64,000 nucleotides of DNA from Epiperipatus broadwayi (GCA_028023455.1 JAQFVV010000007.1:15314001-15378000); one strand, 5' to 3'. Counted from the stretch's first letter, positions 12,636 through 24,272 are shown. Notes: generated by a model from the sequence alone, not told the origin. Program-made: numbers and translations.

Positions 12636-14582
12636 TTGAATGAAATTAATATGAAAATAACTGATACACTTTTGAAAACTGCAACAAAGATAGCTGGTAA
12701 AAAGAAACAGCAATTGACCAATAAAATTTCTACTGAGACTAGAGAATTTATGAAGAAAAGAAGGAATATGAAGACATACAAAAATGATGCATTAAAAAGA
12801 ATTGAATATCTCGAATTTTGTAAAATGGTGCGGAAAAGAGTTGAAAATGATATAAGAAAGTATAACTGTGAACTAGCAAGGAAAGCTGTAGAAGAAAATA
12901 AAAGTCTTAAGAATGTAAAACAACATTTTGGTATTGGTAGAAAATTTATATCTGCAATAAGAAAAAAATATAGAATTATTACTAAAAGGAGAGATGACAT
13001 CATGAAATTGGTAGAAGATTTTTATCAAGAATTATATAGTAATAAAGAACAAGTACCTCCTATATCTATTGCATCTTCCAAATTGCCCAGAATTTTAAAT
13101 GAAGAAGTGAGACATGCAATTAAATGTATAAAGAAAGGAAAGGCTCCAGGTAATGATGGAATTATAATTGATATATTAAAAGAAGCCGGTGAAGAAATAG
13201 AAATTTTTTTAGCAAAGTTATATACCAAAAGTCTAAATGATAAAGATGTACCAGATGATTGGAAGAATGTAGTAATAATATTAATATTTAAAAAAGGTGA
13301 TAAAGAAGATATTAGAAATTACAGACATATCAGCCTTTTATCAGTTTTATATAAAATTTTTACCAAGATAATTACTACTCGTCTACAGAGAACATTGGAT
13401 TTCCACCAACCAAAAGAACAAGCTGGATTTAAAAGTGGTTTTAGTACAGTAGATCATATCCAGGTATTGAGAGAAGTTATAGAAAGGACAAATGAATATG
13501 AGTTGTCATTATGCTTAGGATTTGTAGATTATGAAAAGGCATTTGATTCTATAAACATTTCTTCAGTGATTAAAGCATTAGATCATCAAGGTATAGATCC
13601 AGGATATTGTCATATTTTAAAGAATATTTATAAAAATGCAACAGCAACAATTAGATTACATAATGACACTGGGAAAGTCAACATTGAGAAAGGTGTAAGA
13701 CAAGGTGACTCCATATCTCCAAAACGTTTTACAGCAGTGCTGCATGAAGTATTTTGTGGATTAAAATGGGAAACTAAAGGAGTGAAAGTAAATGGTGATT
13801 ATTTAAGTCATTTAGATTTCGCAGATGATGTAGTTGTTTTTGCAAATAATGCTTCAGATCTGCAGGAAATGTTGCAGGAATTATCAGATGAAAATAGGAA
13901 AGTAGGACTAAAGATAAATGTTAAAAAGACTAAAGTAATGTTTAATCGATTTGCTCAAAATATGAAAATAAAGATTGATTATGATGAATTAGAAGAAGTT
14001 AACAGTTACAAATACCTTGGTCAGATTATTAATACAGATGGAAACATAATGGAGGAAATTAATCATAGAATTAAACTTGGTTGGAGTGCTTTTGGTAGAA
14101 ATAACTTGATACTAAAAGGAAATATGCCTATGTGTTTGAAAAGGAAAGTTTTTAACAAATGTGTTTTACCAGTTCTTACTTATGGATCTGAGACTTGGAC
14201 ACTTAATAGAAGAGCAAATCAGAGACTTCAGACCACTCAAAGAAGTATGGAGAGATGTATGTTGGGAGTAACAAGAAGAGATTGTAAACGCAATGTATGG
14301 GTAAGAGAACAAACAGGTGTTACTGACCTCATTGAAAAAATTAAAAGATTGAAGTGGAGTTGGGCTGGACATATTGTTAGAAGAGATGATAATAGATGGA
14401 CAATTGAAATTTTAAACTGGATTCCAAGAGATTGTAAAAGACCCAGAAAGAGACCACATGTGAGATGGATGGATGAAATAAGAAAGTATGCAGGGGTGAT
14501 GTGGAGAAGAGAAGCTAAAGATCAAAGAAGATGGATTAAACTTGGAGAGACCTTCATCCTGCAGTGGATTGATAATGGTTGA
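12636..14582 (+). CDS. RTE reverse transcriptase ORF (648 aa; C-terminal part of the original single ORF)
   Basis: Motifs KAPGNDG, EQAGFKSGFST, DYEKAFDSI, GVRQGDSISP, HLDFADD, YKYLGQ, WSWAGHIVRR and RPRKRPHVRWMDEI. Confidence 0.93.
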   Translation: MNEINMKITDTLLKTATKIAGKKKQQLTNKISTETREFMKKRRNMKTYKNDALKRIEYLEFCKMVRKRVENDIRKYNCELARKAVEENKSLKNVKQHFGIGRKFISAIRKKYRIITKRRDDIMKLVEDFYQELYSNKEQVPPISIASSKLPRILNEEVRHAIKCIKKGKAPGNDGIIIDILKEAGEEIEIFLAKLYTKSLNDKDVPDDWKNVVIILIFKKGDKEDIRNYRHISLLSVLYKIFTKIITTRLQRTLDFHQPKEQAGFKSGFSTVDHIQVLREVIERTNEYELSLCLGFVDYEKAFDSINISSVIKALDHQGIDPGYCHILKNIYKNATATIRLHNDTGKVNIEKGVRQGDSISPKRFTAVLHEVFCGLKWETKGVKVNGDYLSHLDFADDVVVFANNASDLQEMLQELSDENRKVGLKINVKKTKVMFNRFAQNMKIKIDYDELEEVNSYKYLGQIINTDGNIMEEINHRIKLGWSAFGRNNLILKGNMPMCLKRKVFNKCVLPVLTYGSETWTLNRRANQRLQTTQRSMERCMLGVTRRDCKRNVWVREQTGVTDLIEKIKRLKWSWAGHIVRRDDNRWTIEILNWIPRDCKRPRKRPHVRWMDEIRKYAGVMWRREAKDQRRWIKLGETFILQWIDNG

Positions 14583-14609
14583 TAATGATGATGATGATAA
14601 TAATTTCAT

Positions 14610-14812
14610 GTTTATATATATAAAAAACAATAAAACTAATAAATACAATGGTAATTAACTATTATATATAGTCTTTCAATCTGCAGAAGTACTTTCGATT
14701 AATTTCTTAACCTGCTAATAATAACATAAAAAAGGCAAAAATAAACAACAGTTGAGGAGGATTAAGTAATTAACTGAAAGTACTTCTGCAGGTTGAAAGA
14801 CTATTATTACAA
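14610..14812. mobile_element. Inverted pair of repeat family HH-D (hammerhead-like), directly after the RTE tail
   Basis: 14671-14712 is inverted relative to 14760-14802. The right arm reads CAG-TTGAGGA-GGATTAA-GTAA-TTAACT-GAAA-GTAC-TT-CTGC. Homologs at 38860-39180 and 40085-40320. Confidence 0.7.
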
Positions 14813-14873
14813 TAAATTTTTAATTAATGGATATTTTATTTGTATTATATATAAATATATAATTGAAATAGAA

Positions 14874-15251
14874 GTAATTATCTCCCACTCAGTTATGTAA
14901 TGGCAGAAACTATGAAAAGATATAATGATAACTCTCTATCTCTAAGCTCTGTTGTTATGTAAGCTTAGTTTTTTTAAATATAGTTTTAACAAATAGAGTG
15001 AATTTATCTATAATTTTAATTTATGTGCAGTCTAAATGATCAGAAGTCACCATTTATATATTCAGATGATCAAGGAGTCTTAGTTTTAACAACCTCTAAA
15101 TATTAAATGAAATATCAGTTTTAATAAATATAATAATAAATAATTATAATTTTAAATAACTTTAATAACAACAGAGCAAAAAGATGGAATGGTATCATTC
15201 TATCTTTTTGTACTTTTTGACATTACATAATTTAGTGTGGGAGATAGTTAC
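14874..15251. mobile_element. Foldback/MITE-like element with ~85-bp imperfect terminal inverted repeats
   Basis: GTAATTATCTCCCAC...GCTCTGTTGTT versus AACAACAGAGC...GTGGGAGATAGTTAC. The ends resemble those of 40495-40716. Confidence 0.65.
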
Positions 15252-15313
15252 TTTCATTTTAATTACAGATACTTAAGGATATGACTATATATATATATAT
15301 ATATAAAACCACT

Positions 15314-16114
15314 AGAAACCAGACAACAGATAATTCCAATATAGATAATAATCAACAATCTTAAACTGTTGTCAAGGCAACCTATAATTTATTTCCAAAT
15401 ATAGAAAGATACCTTCAATAAGATAATTACCATCACATGATCTTATCATTCTCCAAATCTTTATTTGCTATTACTTTACTGCAGGGGTGGACAAATTCAC
15501 CAGTGAATTGCCAAGACATTTTGAAATACTGCCTGAACTTTAAACAAAAGTAAATGTAAAGGATACTACATAGCATGAGTGTAGATTGATATACAAAAAA
15601 AAAAAAGTTTTTTGAACACATACAACTATTAGATATGAGAATTGGCTTTTCAAATGAAGCAGCTGTATGCAGATGGACACTTGCCAATGAATGGGTCAGA
15701 TGTCACACATGCCTTCATTTGAAATGCACAATCTTGCATACAAATTCATTAGCTTGAGTATATGAACTACAAAATGTAAAATACAACCAAAAGCATTGGA
15801 TACATTCATTCAGTTAAAAACTAATAATTATGTTTTTTAATAAGACAGATGCTCAGATTTAATTAATTTATTATGAAAAATTAGTTTATCACATTTTAAA
15901 AGGGAGTGCAATATCTGAAACAATTACAAAGAAAAGAAAGACATACAATTTTAATACAGAATAGCTGTTTCCCCACAATTATGAATGCAAAATGTGTTAT
16001 ATATTTCACCTTTATTATTAAAATTATTATTCTTTAAAGGAAGTTGCCTTGACAACAGTCTGAAATTGTTGATTGTTATTGATATTGTGATTGTCTAAAT
16101 AATGACTGGTTTTA
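15314..16114. repeat. ~70-bp inverted repeats ~660 bp apart (putative MITE)
   Basis: AATCAACAAT..AAACTGTTGTCAAGGCAAC (15345-15382) versus GTTGCCTTGACAACAGT..AATTGTTGATT (16043-16075). Confidence 0.55.
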
Positions 16115-16338
16115 ATGATATATATTATTATTTTGCTGTTGTGGCTTTAGCTAAATTAAAGAGCTAAGCCTACTAATATATGGAGTATCTGAATTAAGTG
16201 CAGGCCCATATGATTTTTTCAGTTGGAGAGCTGACTTTAAAGACATGTAGATGTCTAAAAGTTTCAGATCTTCTTCTAACAATTATCTTTTAGATAAATG
16301 CTTTGCTTGAGTTGGTTTTTTAGATCTAATGTCCCAAC

Positions 16339-16379
16339 TCCTCACTGAAGAGACCCATAGGTCGAAACCAGTCTGGGGA
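16339..16379 (+). ncRNA. Minimal type I hammerhead ribozyme with intact catalytic core (family HH-B)
   Basis: Stem I TCCTCA/TGGGGA, core CTGAAGA (16345-51), stem II GACC-CATA-GGTC, GAAA, stem III AC-CA-GT, cleavage triplet GTC. It lies in a repeat (~16310-16460) homologous to 7930-8110 and 61405-61590. Confidence 0.8.
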
Positions 16380-16482
16380 TGGGGACAATCCAAGATAAAA
16401 ATGATTTGAATGCCTTCTCTTGTAGTAGCATTTATCATAAATAAAAAAAAAGCTTGTTTAAAGCTATTAGCACGCTCTTAAT

Positions 16483-16516
<34 letters not shown>

Positions 16517-17178
16517 CCTAATGCATGTGTTTTACTTCCAAAAAAGCAAATGTTCAAAAAAATTTTAAAACATGCATATAATGTATAAGAGATGGGTTGT
16601 GGCACTTGGAGAAAATTACAAGTAGCACTTCCTTTGAAAAAGGTACTCAGCCACTTTACCAGAATAATAATAGAATAAAAGAAAACAAATCACCAAAATT
16701 TAATCCCATCTGTGAGTCTATAAAATTTTGTATATGTGTTGGGCAACGATAATTTTTTAGTTTATATTTTATTTTGCAGTGCTTTTATATACAACAAAAG
16801 TATTTTTTCCATTTTTGTCCTTTTATAAAGTATATATAAACATTTTGAAAACTTAGACCATAAAAGCTAAATTTCTATTCAACAATTTTACTAGCTGAGT
16901 ATGCTTTCTTATTCATATCAGACTCATAGTGCTCATAATTTGTGGGAGATGTAGCATTTAAATAAGGCCAAAATTGTGTAATTAGCTATTTAACATATTC
17001 TATTTTTATAGACAATGCAATGTTAGTATCTTCTTTATAAGTAGCATAATGGTTGTTGGAAATAAACACGCATCCTTAATTTTGCATTTGCAATGATCAT
17101 TCTAGGAGCATACAACATCCACATTTATAAAGTCAAAGATTTGTCCATATTCCAGTTCATGCTCCAGAAAACAAATCT

Positions 17179-17195
17179 CAGAGCTACTCTTAGCA

Positions 17196-17236
<41 letters not shown>

Positions 17237-17249
17237 CTAAGAGTAGCTC

Positions 17250-17294
<45 letters not shown>

Positions 17295-17300
17295 CTGTGC
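17179..17300. repeat. (TA)n microsatellites with a flanking 19-bp perfect foldback
   Basis: CAGAGCTACTCTTAGCACA (17179-97), (TA)n, TGTGCTAAGAGTAGCTCTG (17233-51), (TA)n, AACTGTGC. Confidence 0.9.
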
Positions 17301-19053
17301 AATTCTAATAGCAATATTTGTCCAGGATTTCTCATAATAACTACAAACAGCATTGCTGAATCTGATTTTATACACAATTTGTGGGGTCTACTGTTATTTA
17401 AAAGCATTTAAATTTGGGTTTTTTAAGCTAACATTATATGTACTGTAGCCTATTTTTTCATTTTACAAGATATCTGCACAATATAAAGGCTTATCTAAGA
17501 TTTTGTGTCTGCCTGTAGAAAAGGCAACCATTGTAGTCTCTTATAGAATTTTTTCATATTGTCCATTAGCATATTGTGATTATATCCTAATTTGCAAAGA
17601 TACTTGATATAAGCCTCAATGCCAATTTTGTGATTGGCTTCATATTTGCAAAGCTTTAGATTTTAGTTTTATGTAATTTCTGAAATTCTGAATAAAGGTT
17701 TCCATGCCATTTAATAAAGTTAGATGGCAGCACCATAAAGAATACTGAATCCTATATAAAAATAGAGATTTACGTTTTTGTTATTTTTATTTGCTCCAAA
17801 TTATTTGAAAATTCTTCAAAAATATATCATTAGTGGAAATATATATCTAAATGTATGCAAACTTTCAACTAGCTCACAAAATGAGAAGTATTTAAAAAGA
17901 GAGTTACAAGATTTCTCAAATAGACAGACAAGCACAAAAAGCATATTTTAAATAAAAGCATATAAAAAGGAGAGAAATTACAAATCCTGACTAGCTGACA
18001 TTTGACTACATAGATTTTTTTTTCTTTCTTTTTAAGGATGAAAGTGAAGCATTGGTTCAGCTGTTATTTAAAAGCCATTTGATCTTTACTTTACCCAGTT
18101 TTTGAAATACAATTGTTAATAAGACACTTTAAATGTTTAATGTAGTTTCAATTTACCTAGCAGTCAGAAAAGCTTGCTTTTAAAAATATATACCAAGAAC
18201 AGGTACGGAAAGCTGCCCTCATAAGCATAAACCAGTATGTGTCAAGAATCATTTACTTTTGGGACAATTAGAAGAAAGTTGTATTTTTCTAAATAAAAAA
18301 AACTAACATAATCAAAATTAAAAATAAATAAAATGTAGCTCCTAAGTAGAATTTTGACCTCTTGATATCAGATTTAAAATTATGTTGCTCCAATCATTGG
18401 CAGTAATTTTCTATAGCCACCAGCACCTAACAATTTGACATACCATCTCAAATTTAGATAAATATCCTAAAGTTTTCATAAAATAATATGATGAAAGCTA
18501 TATTATATGGTAAACTTTCTGCTTGTAATCAAAGAGTGAGACACTTAATCCATTTATGCAGTTATTAAATCTATACTCATTTATTAAGCTGTAATTCAGT
18601 AGATGGGTAAATAAGCTTTGCTTATCTTGAAAATTTTGCAAGTTTTGCCTAAATTCGAATCATTTAAATTACACCACAATGCTCTTTATAGTTAAGAAAA
18701 GATTGACAAATCTTAAGCTCATCCCTTATAACAATATAAAAGCTCTCTCATCAGCAAGAAAGACTGTTTCATATTACAATAATATTTTTTTACGTATTCA
18801 GTGTATGATTTGTCATGACTAAACGGTTACAGTATTAATAAAAGCTTTATTTCTGAATTCAATAATGAAGAATACAATAATCATTCTTATTGGTTTTATT
18901 ATTTATGTACATGTGAATGTGATTAATGTTTTAAACTTATTAAAGGTTAAATATTCAGTTGTGAAGCCGTTTTTTAAAAATTAGTTTGTAATTGTGATAC
19001 TTACAAATTCAAACAAGGGAATGATTAACTTTATTCAAACATATGCTATCTCT

Positions 19054-19115
19054 CAGGGATGAACAACCTCCTGTCTATGGCTCTCATAAGTTCGTAATCT
19101 GGCCCGCGTAAATTT
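19054..19115 (+). mobile_element. Possible left end of a hAT-type MITE
   Basis: CAGGGATGAACAACC followed by TGGCCCGCG, typical of hAT MITE termini. No matching right TIR was found. Confidence 0.3.
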
Positions 19116-19516
19116 TCAAAATATGTACAGTAAAACGGTTTTCGATAAAATGTGTTTATTTTTGTTTTAATAAAATGTCGACGCACATACAAGTGTTAAT
19201 ATCCCCCCTCCCCCAAATGACCAGTTGGTAAATTACAAAATAGATCCCAAATAAATTATGAAAATTTGGAGCACATCTTGTGTATCGCCACTTCTAAAAT
19301 TGTAGCGAATATGAATTCGTTAAAATATAAGCAGTGACAAATATTTTACTAAATTTTTGCATTAACCTTGTGTTTTTCTTATTTTTATTTAGTTATATAA
19401 TTATATGTAAACGTAATAATATACTTATAATATTTATAATCCTGTTGTTATTTAAAAATGTAATCATTTTCATGTTCTTTTATTTCAAACCCGAAAAAAT
19501 TATCACCTTCATCTAC

Positions 19517-19580
19517 ATGCGATGTAATGCACTGTGACTTCTCCTTAAACGGAGTCAGGAATCTTTCAGCAACTATGCCA
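19517..19580 (-). mobile_element. Tiny 3'-end fragment of the LINE family seen at 63656-64000
   Basis: Shares CTTCTCCTTAAACGGAGTCA.GAATCT.TCA.CAA.TATGCC with 63677-63719. Confidence 0.65.
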
Positions 19581-20719
19581 CTGAGGAAAGTTATCCACTC
19601 TGTCTATTATTGTAAATAAAATAAGCGTTCAATGGAACAATTTTTCATTTATATATCATATCAAAATCACTCCAAATTCACAACTCAACCAGACTAGCCA
19701 AAAAATAAACTCTAAAACGCAACCAATGGTTAATTAAACATTTATATTGTATTATATATATATTCAATAATCGAATATTATTTAACACAATAAAATTATC
19801 GAAGCGATATTACATATTTGTATTTATTTTCACGATTTAAAATAAATTCCTAAATTAAAATCACTTTGAAGCAAAATATAAAATCCCTTGCTCATATTTT
19901 TTTCTTCTCGCAAACAAATTACCTAAAAGGATTTCAATAAAATTAAGCTCCTTCCATTATGTGAAATTATAAGCCGCCAGACGGGGGTAAATAGTTGAAC
20001 AGCCAACACGCACCCTGTTATTTCAACATTCGCATGTTTCACACTCTACGAATGGATATTGGCTAAATAATTATTACTAAAATAAAATTCTGTATCCACA
20101 TGCAGACGAAGTTTAATTTTAGAAACAACTATTACCCGAGAATTGCGTATCTACTTGTTTTAATCTGCTAATGAACTGAGCGAAATTTAAAATAAATGGA
20201 CTGAAGAATAATCCATTCTTTTTCATAATTTATATTGCTGATTCTGACTACTAATTTTCCTAAGACGAGGCAAGTTTACTTCATCCAGAAAACGTACTTT
20301 TATTAATTTAGTCTTTCGGTGCGTCACCTCGCAATTGCAGGCTCCTAGCGATTGTGTCGGAGAATTGACACGGCTTAATAAAATAATAAGACAATAAAGC
20401 TTCGGACAATAACTTATTCAAAGAAAAGATTGTGTTCTGCATTCAACATCACATTTTTTTTAATCAAAGTAAAAATAAAGTTACTATAATAAGTGAATGT
20501 CTAGACAAAAATTAGTTTCAATTTTTTTTTAAGTATGGTATATATAAATTTGCTTTATCCGTTTATAATCTTACATAATCCTTTCGTTTTTAATTTCTTA
20601 TTCTATTGTTAGGATGATCTTTAAAAATAGGTATATTAAGTTTTTATATAGTAAAACTTCCACTTGGAAACGATGGATAATTATATCTGAAAAAGACAAA
20701 TGACCGCGAAGCTACATCC

Positions 20720-20870
20720 TGCCGAACTAGCACTCGTCAGTTGGTCCAAGTTCGAAACTTTTACATGTGTCTATTCTTTGTTCAGTATACAGTATATATT
20801 TTATTACTGGAACCAACTGAAAAGCCCTGATTCACTTTGAAATGCATCTTGAATCATTTTATCTTTTCAG
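20720..20870. repeat. Old inverted pair of HH-A hammerhead-like fragments
   Basis: Minus strand: GGACCAA-CTGACGA-GTGCT.. (core 20734-40, CpG retained). Plus strand: ACCAA-CTGAAAA...GAAA-TGCA-TC-TTG (20812-20852). Confidence 0.5.
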
Positions 20871-20912
20871 GTATTTTTATTCATATGTTTCAGGAATGTA
20901 CTTCATGTATTT

Positions 20913-21652
20913 ATATATAGGGTATATGAGCACAGACTTTCACACCACCCACCACTCTCCACTCTATCTCATAACACCGGTACACTTGAACACATATATG
21001 TCAAAAAGATAGATAATCACCAATATATGTATTTCATGCTAAACCAGCAATCATTAGTTGGTCCAGATTATCATCTGTTCAAGTGTATCAGTGTTATGAG
21101 ATAGAGTGGAGAGTGGTGGGTCATGTGAAAGTCTGTGCTCATATACTCTATATATTACATATATTGATATAGTTATATAATAAGCCTGTATTTTAGTTAT
21201 TACATTGTAGAAATGTCTGTCCATCCCACATATATATATATATATTAAATGGATTATGTCCTGTACATGAGGGGTCAGATTGACTTTAGAACAACATGGG
21301 TGTGATGTGAATTTTGGCCCCAGGGTGGCCTTTGAGCATTCCATCAGCAGATTTTCAATTGGATGGACGTTTGAAGAGTTGGAGAGTGGAGTGGATTGAA
21401 GCCTGTCCATTAAAGTAGGAACATTGGTTATCTTAATATATATCTGAGCACTTGTTATATATATATATATGTAGAGATGATAATCTGGACCAACTGATGA
21501 TTACTGGTTTAGCATGAAATATGTATACTGGTGATTATTTATCTTTTCAACGTATATGTGTTCAAGTGTATCAGTGTTATGAGATAGAGTGGAGAGTTGT
21601 GGGTTGTGTGAAAGTCTGTGCTCATATACCCTATATATTACATATATTGATA
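20913..21652 (+). mobile_element. Non-autonomous Penelope-like/retrozyme element, family HH-A (inverted terminal repeat + partial repeat + body + full terminal repeat)
   Basis: Inverted repeat 20913-21076. Direct repeat 21077-21170 matches 21560-21653 (period 483). HHR motifs at 21020-21063(-) and 21489-21532(+). Decayed TSD TACTTC...TATTT at 20899-20912 and 21653-21666. Confidence 0.8.
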
Positions 21653-22320
21653 TACTTCGGTTATTTTATGTGTTTATGTTTATTCAAAAAGAAAATAAAG
21701 CATATATATTAGTTTTAAATGGGTTGGAAGTTTATAACTAAGCTAGAAATGATATGATAATCTGTCTTAATAAATGATTGATAATAATAATTATTTTATT
21801 TATCTGAAATGGATTTATATATTGTATTATTAACTTGCAGGTAATCTTATTAGTTATTTGTAAATACAGAAGTACATTATGATTATTTAATATCTAGGAC
21901 CTAGCATTAAATAATAATGAATGTTACACAATGTTTGATGATTATCAGGTGCATTGAACATAAAGATATTTTTTAAGTAAAAAGTCCAGTTGTTAGATAC
22001 TTCTAGCTCACCTGACAAGTGAAAGTTATTTACAAAATGCATGCATGGTGAGAAAATGGGGATGAATTCCTTTATAGATGAATGGCTGCAATATGGTGGA
22101 ATTGATGAGACTTATACTGATAAAATAAATAAATTGATCATTGTAATGTATAAGTAAAAGATGTATTACTTATACTTGTGTTCATTCTTGAGTCAATATT
22201 TAATTAGAACTTTGTGACCTTGATACTTTTTAGAATAGTGGAATTGGATATTGAAGTCTAATTTAAACTTTAATGCTGCCTCTGTGCCATAATAAAAAGT
22301 CAGAAGGTACAGTGATCATA

Positions 22321-22512
22321 GTTAAACCACTAAACGTCATATGATCATTATTTCCTATGCTTACACAAGCTCTTAAAACAATAGCAAACTCTCTATACTG
22401 TAGTGCTACCCAGTGCAAGCCATAGTAATCGATGGATGCAAGAAGGTTTACATTCATTGATTACTATGGCCTGCACAGAGTGGAACTAGTGGAGATTTTG
22501 CTACTGTTTTAA
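22321..22512. repeat. Family P1 palindromic pair
   Basis: The left arm 22372-22434 is inverted relative to 22455-22512. Homologous to 685-932. Confidence 0.75.
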
Positions 22513-24072
22513 TTATCATTATTGTATACAAGGCTGATATTTTTCTCAAGTTATTGGGTGGAAATAGTATATAGATGTCTAACCAATATTCTATAAAAAC
22601 ACTAATAATATCTTTTAAGAATGCTTTATACGATTCTAAAAATATGAAAGCAAAATCATAAAATCAGTAACTAAATGGTTTATTGCTCTGAAAATTTATA
22701 AGGGGTTTAAACACCATCTGGTTTAGGATCAATGGTTTTTAAACTTCAGTGTCTGCCACTTTATCACTACACTAAACCAGATAGGGCATAATCCCAATTC
22801 CTTTCTGGAATATTAAGCACATTTTTATTAGATTGGGCATAAAATGCATGTGAATGACCATGAATATTCTTTAGAAAAAATACGAACTTGAGAATAGTTT
22901 TCATGGAAGAGATAGATCTCATTTACATTATTAAAAATATCTCACATTCTTAAGAAGGGTAATTAATACTGATTGGTTTTATTAAAAAGATTGGGGGAAA
23001 GATACAACCAAAAATTATAAGTAGGAAAAATACTGAAGTTTTTCAAAAAGAAATTTTCACTATTAAGAAAGTTAAGATGTCATTCCAAGATGTTTTATAA
23101 ATAATCTTAAAAACTAGTATGTAATATATGTAAACATATTTGGACTCAAGAATTCTTTCATATAATCATTACAAAACTTATCTTTAGTTTCTTATTTTTT
23201 GCCTTTCTAGCTTCATTTTTTTAAAAGTTAGAATGATAAGCTTATTTATATGTGGGAGCTAATAAAAAATACTGTTGAGACTTTTATTTATAGTGTCTTT
23301 CTGCAATTACTGTTTTTTAAATAATAGCATCATGTTTTCCTATGCATGACTTTTAGATAACCCTTAATTTGTAGAAATTTATATTCAGATTTAAAAGTAC
23401 ACATAAAAAGTAGATCATTTTTACTTCTATAAACTAATAATAGCTTAATTTTATTACTGTATCCAGAGTCTTATAAAGTTAGACATTTTTTTAATATTTT
23501 AAAAATAGGTGAACTTTTTTTAAAATTAAGTTTAGGATGGTTTTCAAATTTCTTCACTGAAATTAAAAACTTGTTTTAGAATAGACTCACTATCAATAAT
23601 CAAAAGTTTATTATAGTGGGATAAACTTTTGTTTATATATTAAAATCATAGTCATTGGTGAGATACTATAATCACATAACACACCATCCAGTATCATAAT
23701 GCTATACAATAAAAATACAACTTTTTAACATTCTAACATTTTTATAATGTAGCTATGTATTTTTAAATGATTCTCACACTCTTGTTACCTTATGCACCAT
23801 GAAATGATTTTATTGTGTGAGTGTTTACATTATAAAAATTTAATTTTGTTAATCTGTGGAAATATTTGTCCCAAACTTTAACAATTATATTCCTTTTGAT
23901 CATATGAAATGATAGTGAATGATGAGAATTCTTAGTATATATGTTTAGTATTTTATAGTTTTATTGGTTTTTAATTAAATTAATAGCTTGATTGATAAAA
24001 AAAATTATACAGAAATATTACCAAATTCACCACTTCCTTTATTTTGCTGTAATACCTTATATTAATGCAATT

Positions 24073-24272
24073 TACACTTTTTAGCAAAAATCTTTTATTA
24101 TACCTACATGCACATACAATCTAACATTTCAACTGTCCTACAGTCTTCTTCAAAGCCAATTTTATTTTTAAAAAATTAAAGTAAAATTGGCTCTGAAGAA
24201 GATTGCAGGACAGTTGAAATGTAAAATTGTGTATGTTTATAGGTATAACAAAAGGTTTTTGCTAAAAAGTGT
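24073..24272. mobile_element. ~95-bp-arm palindrome of repeat family HH-C, each arm with a hammerhead-like motif
   Basis: Plus: GGCT-CTGAAGA-AGATTGC-AGG-ACAGTT-GAAA-TGTA (24189-24223). Minus: GGCT-TTGAAGA-A-GACTGT-AGG-ACAGTT-GAAA-TGTTAG. A third copy lies at 61966. Confidence 0.7.

Larger units (their letters stand above)
11635..14600 (+). mobile_element. Near-full-length RTE-clade non-LTR retrotransposon, defective
   Basis: 5'UTR, APE endonuclease, RT and (GAT)n tail at 14578-14600. No clear TSD was seen, so the 5' boundary is approximate. Confidence 0.95.

Noticed and set aside
12602-14648. Minus-strand ORFs (133, 67, 68 and 78 aa; also 11936-12271, 28001-28216, 51772-52104)
   Set aside because: Antisense shadows of RTE or hAT coding sequence.
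17093-17375. ORFs with YIYI runs
   Set aside because: Translation of (TA)n microsatellites.
21054-21410. 118-aa minus ORF inside the HH-A element
   Set aside because: Not conserved as an ORF in the 54.9-55.2 kb homolog, and no PLE RT or GIY-YIG motifs.
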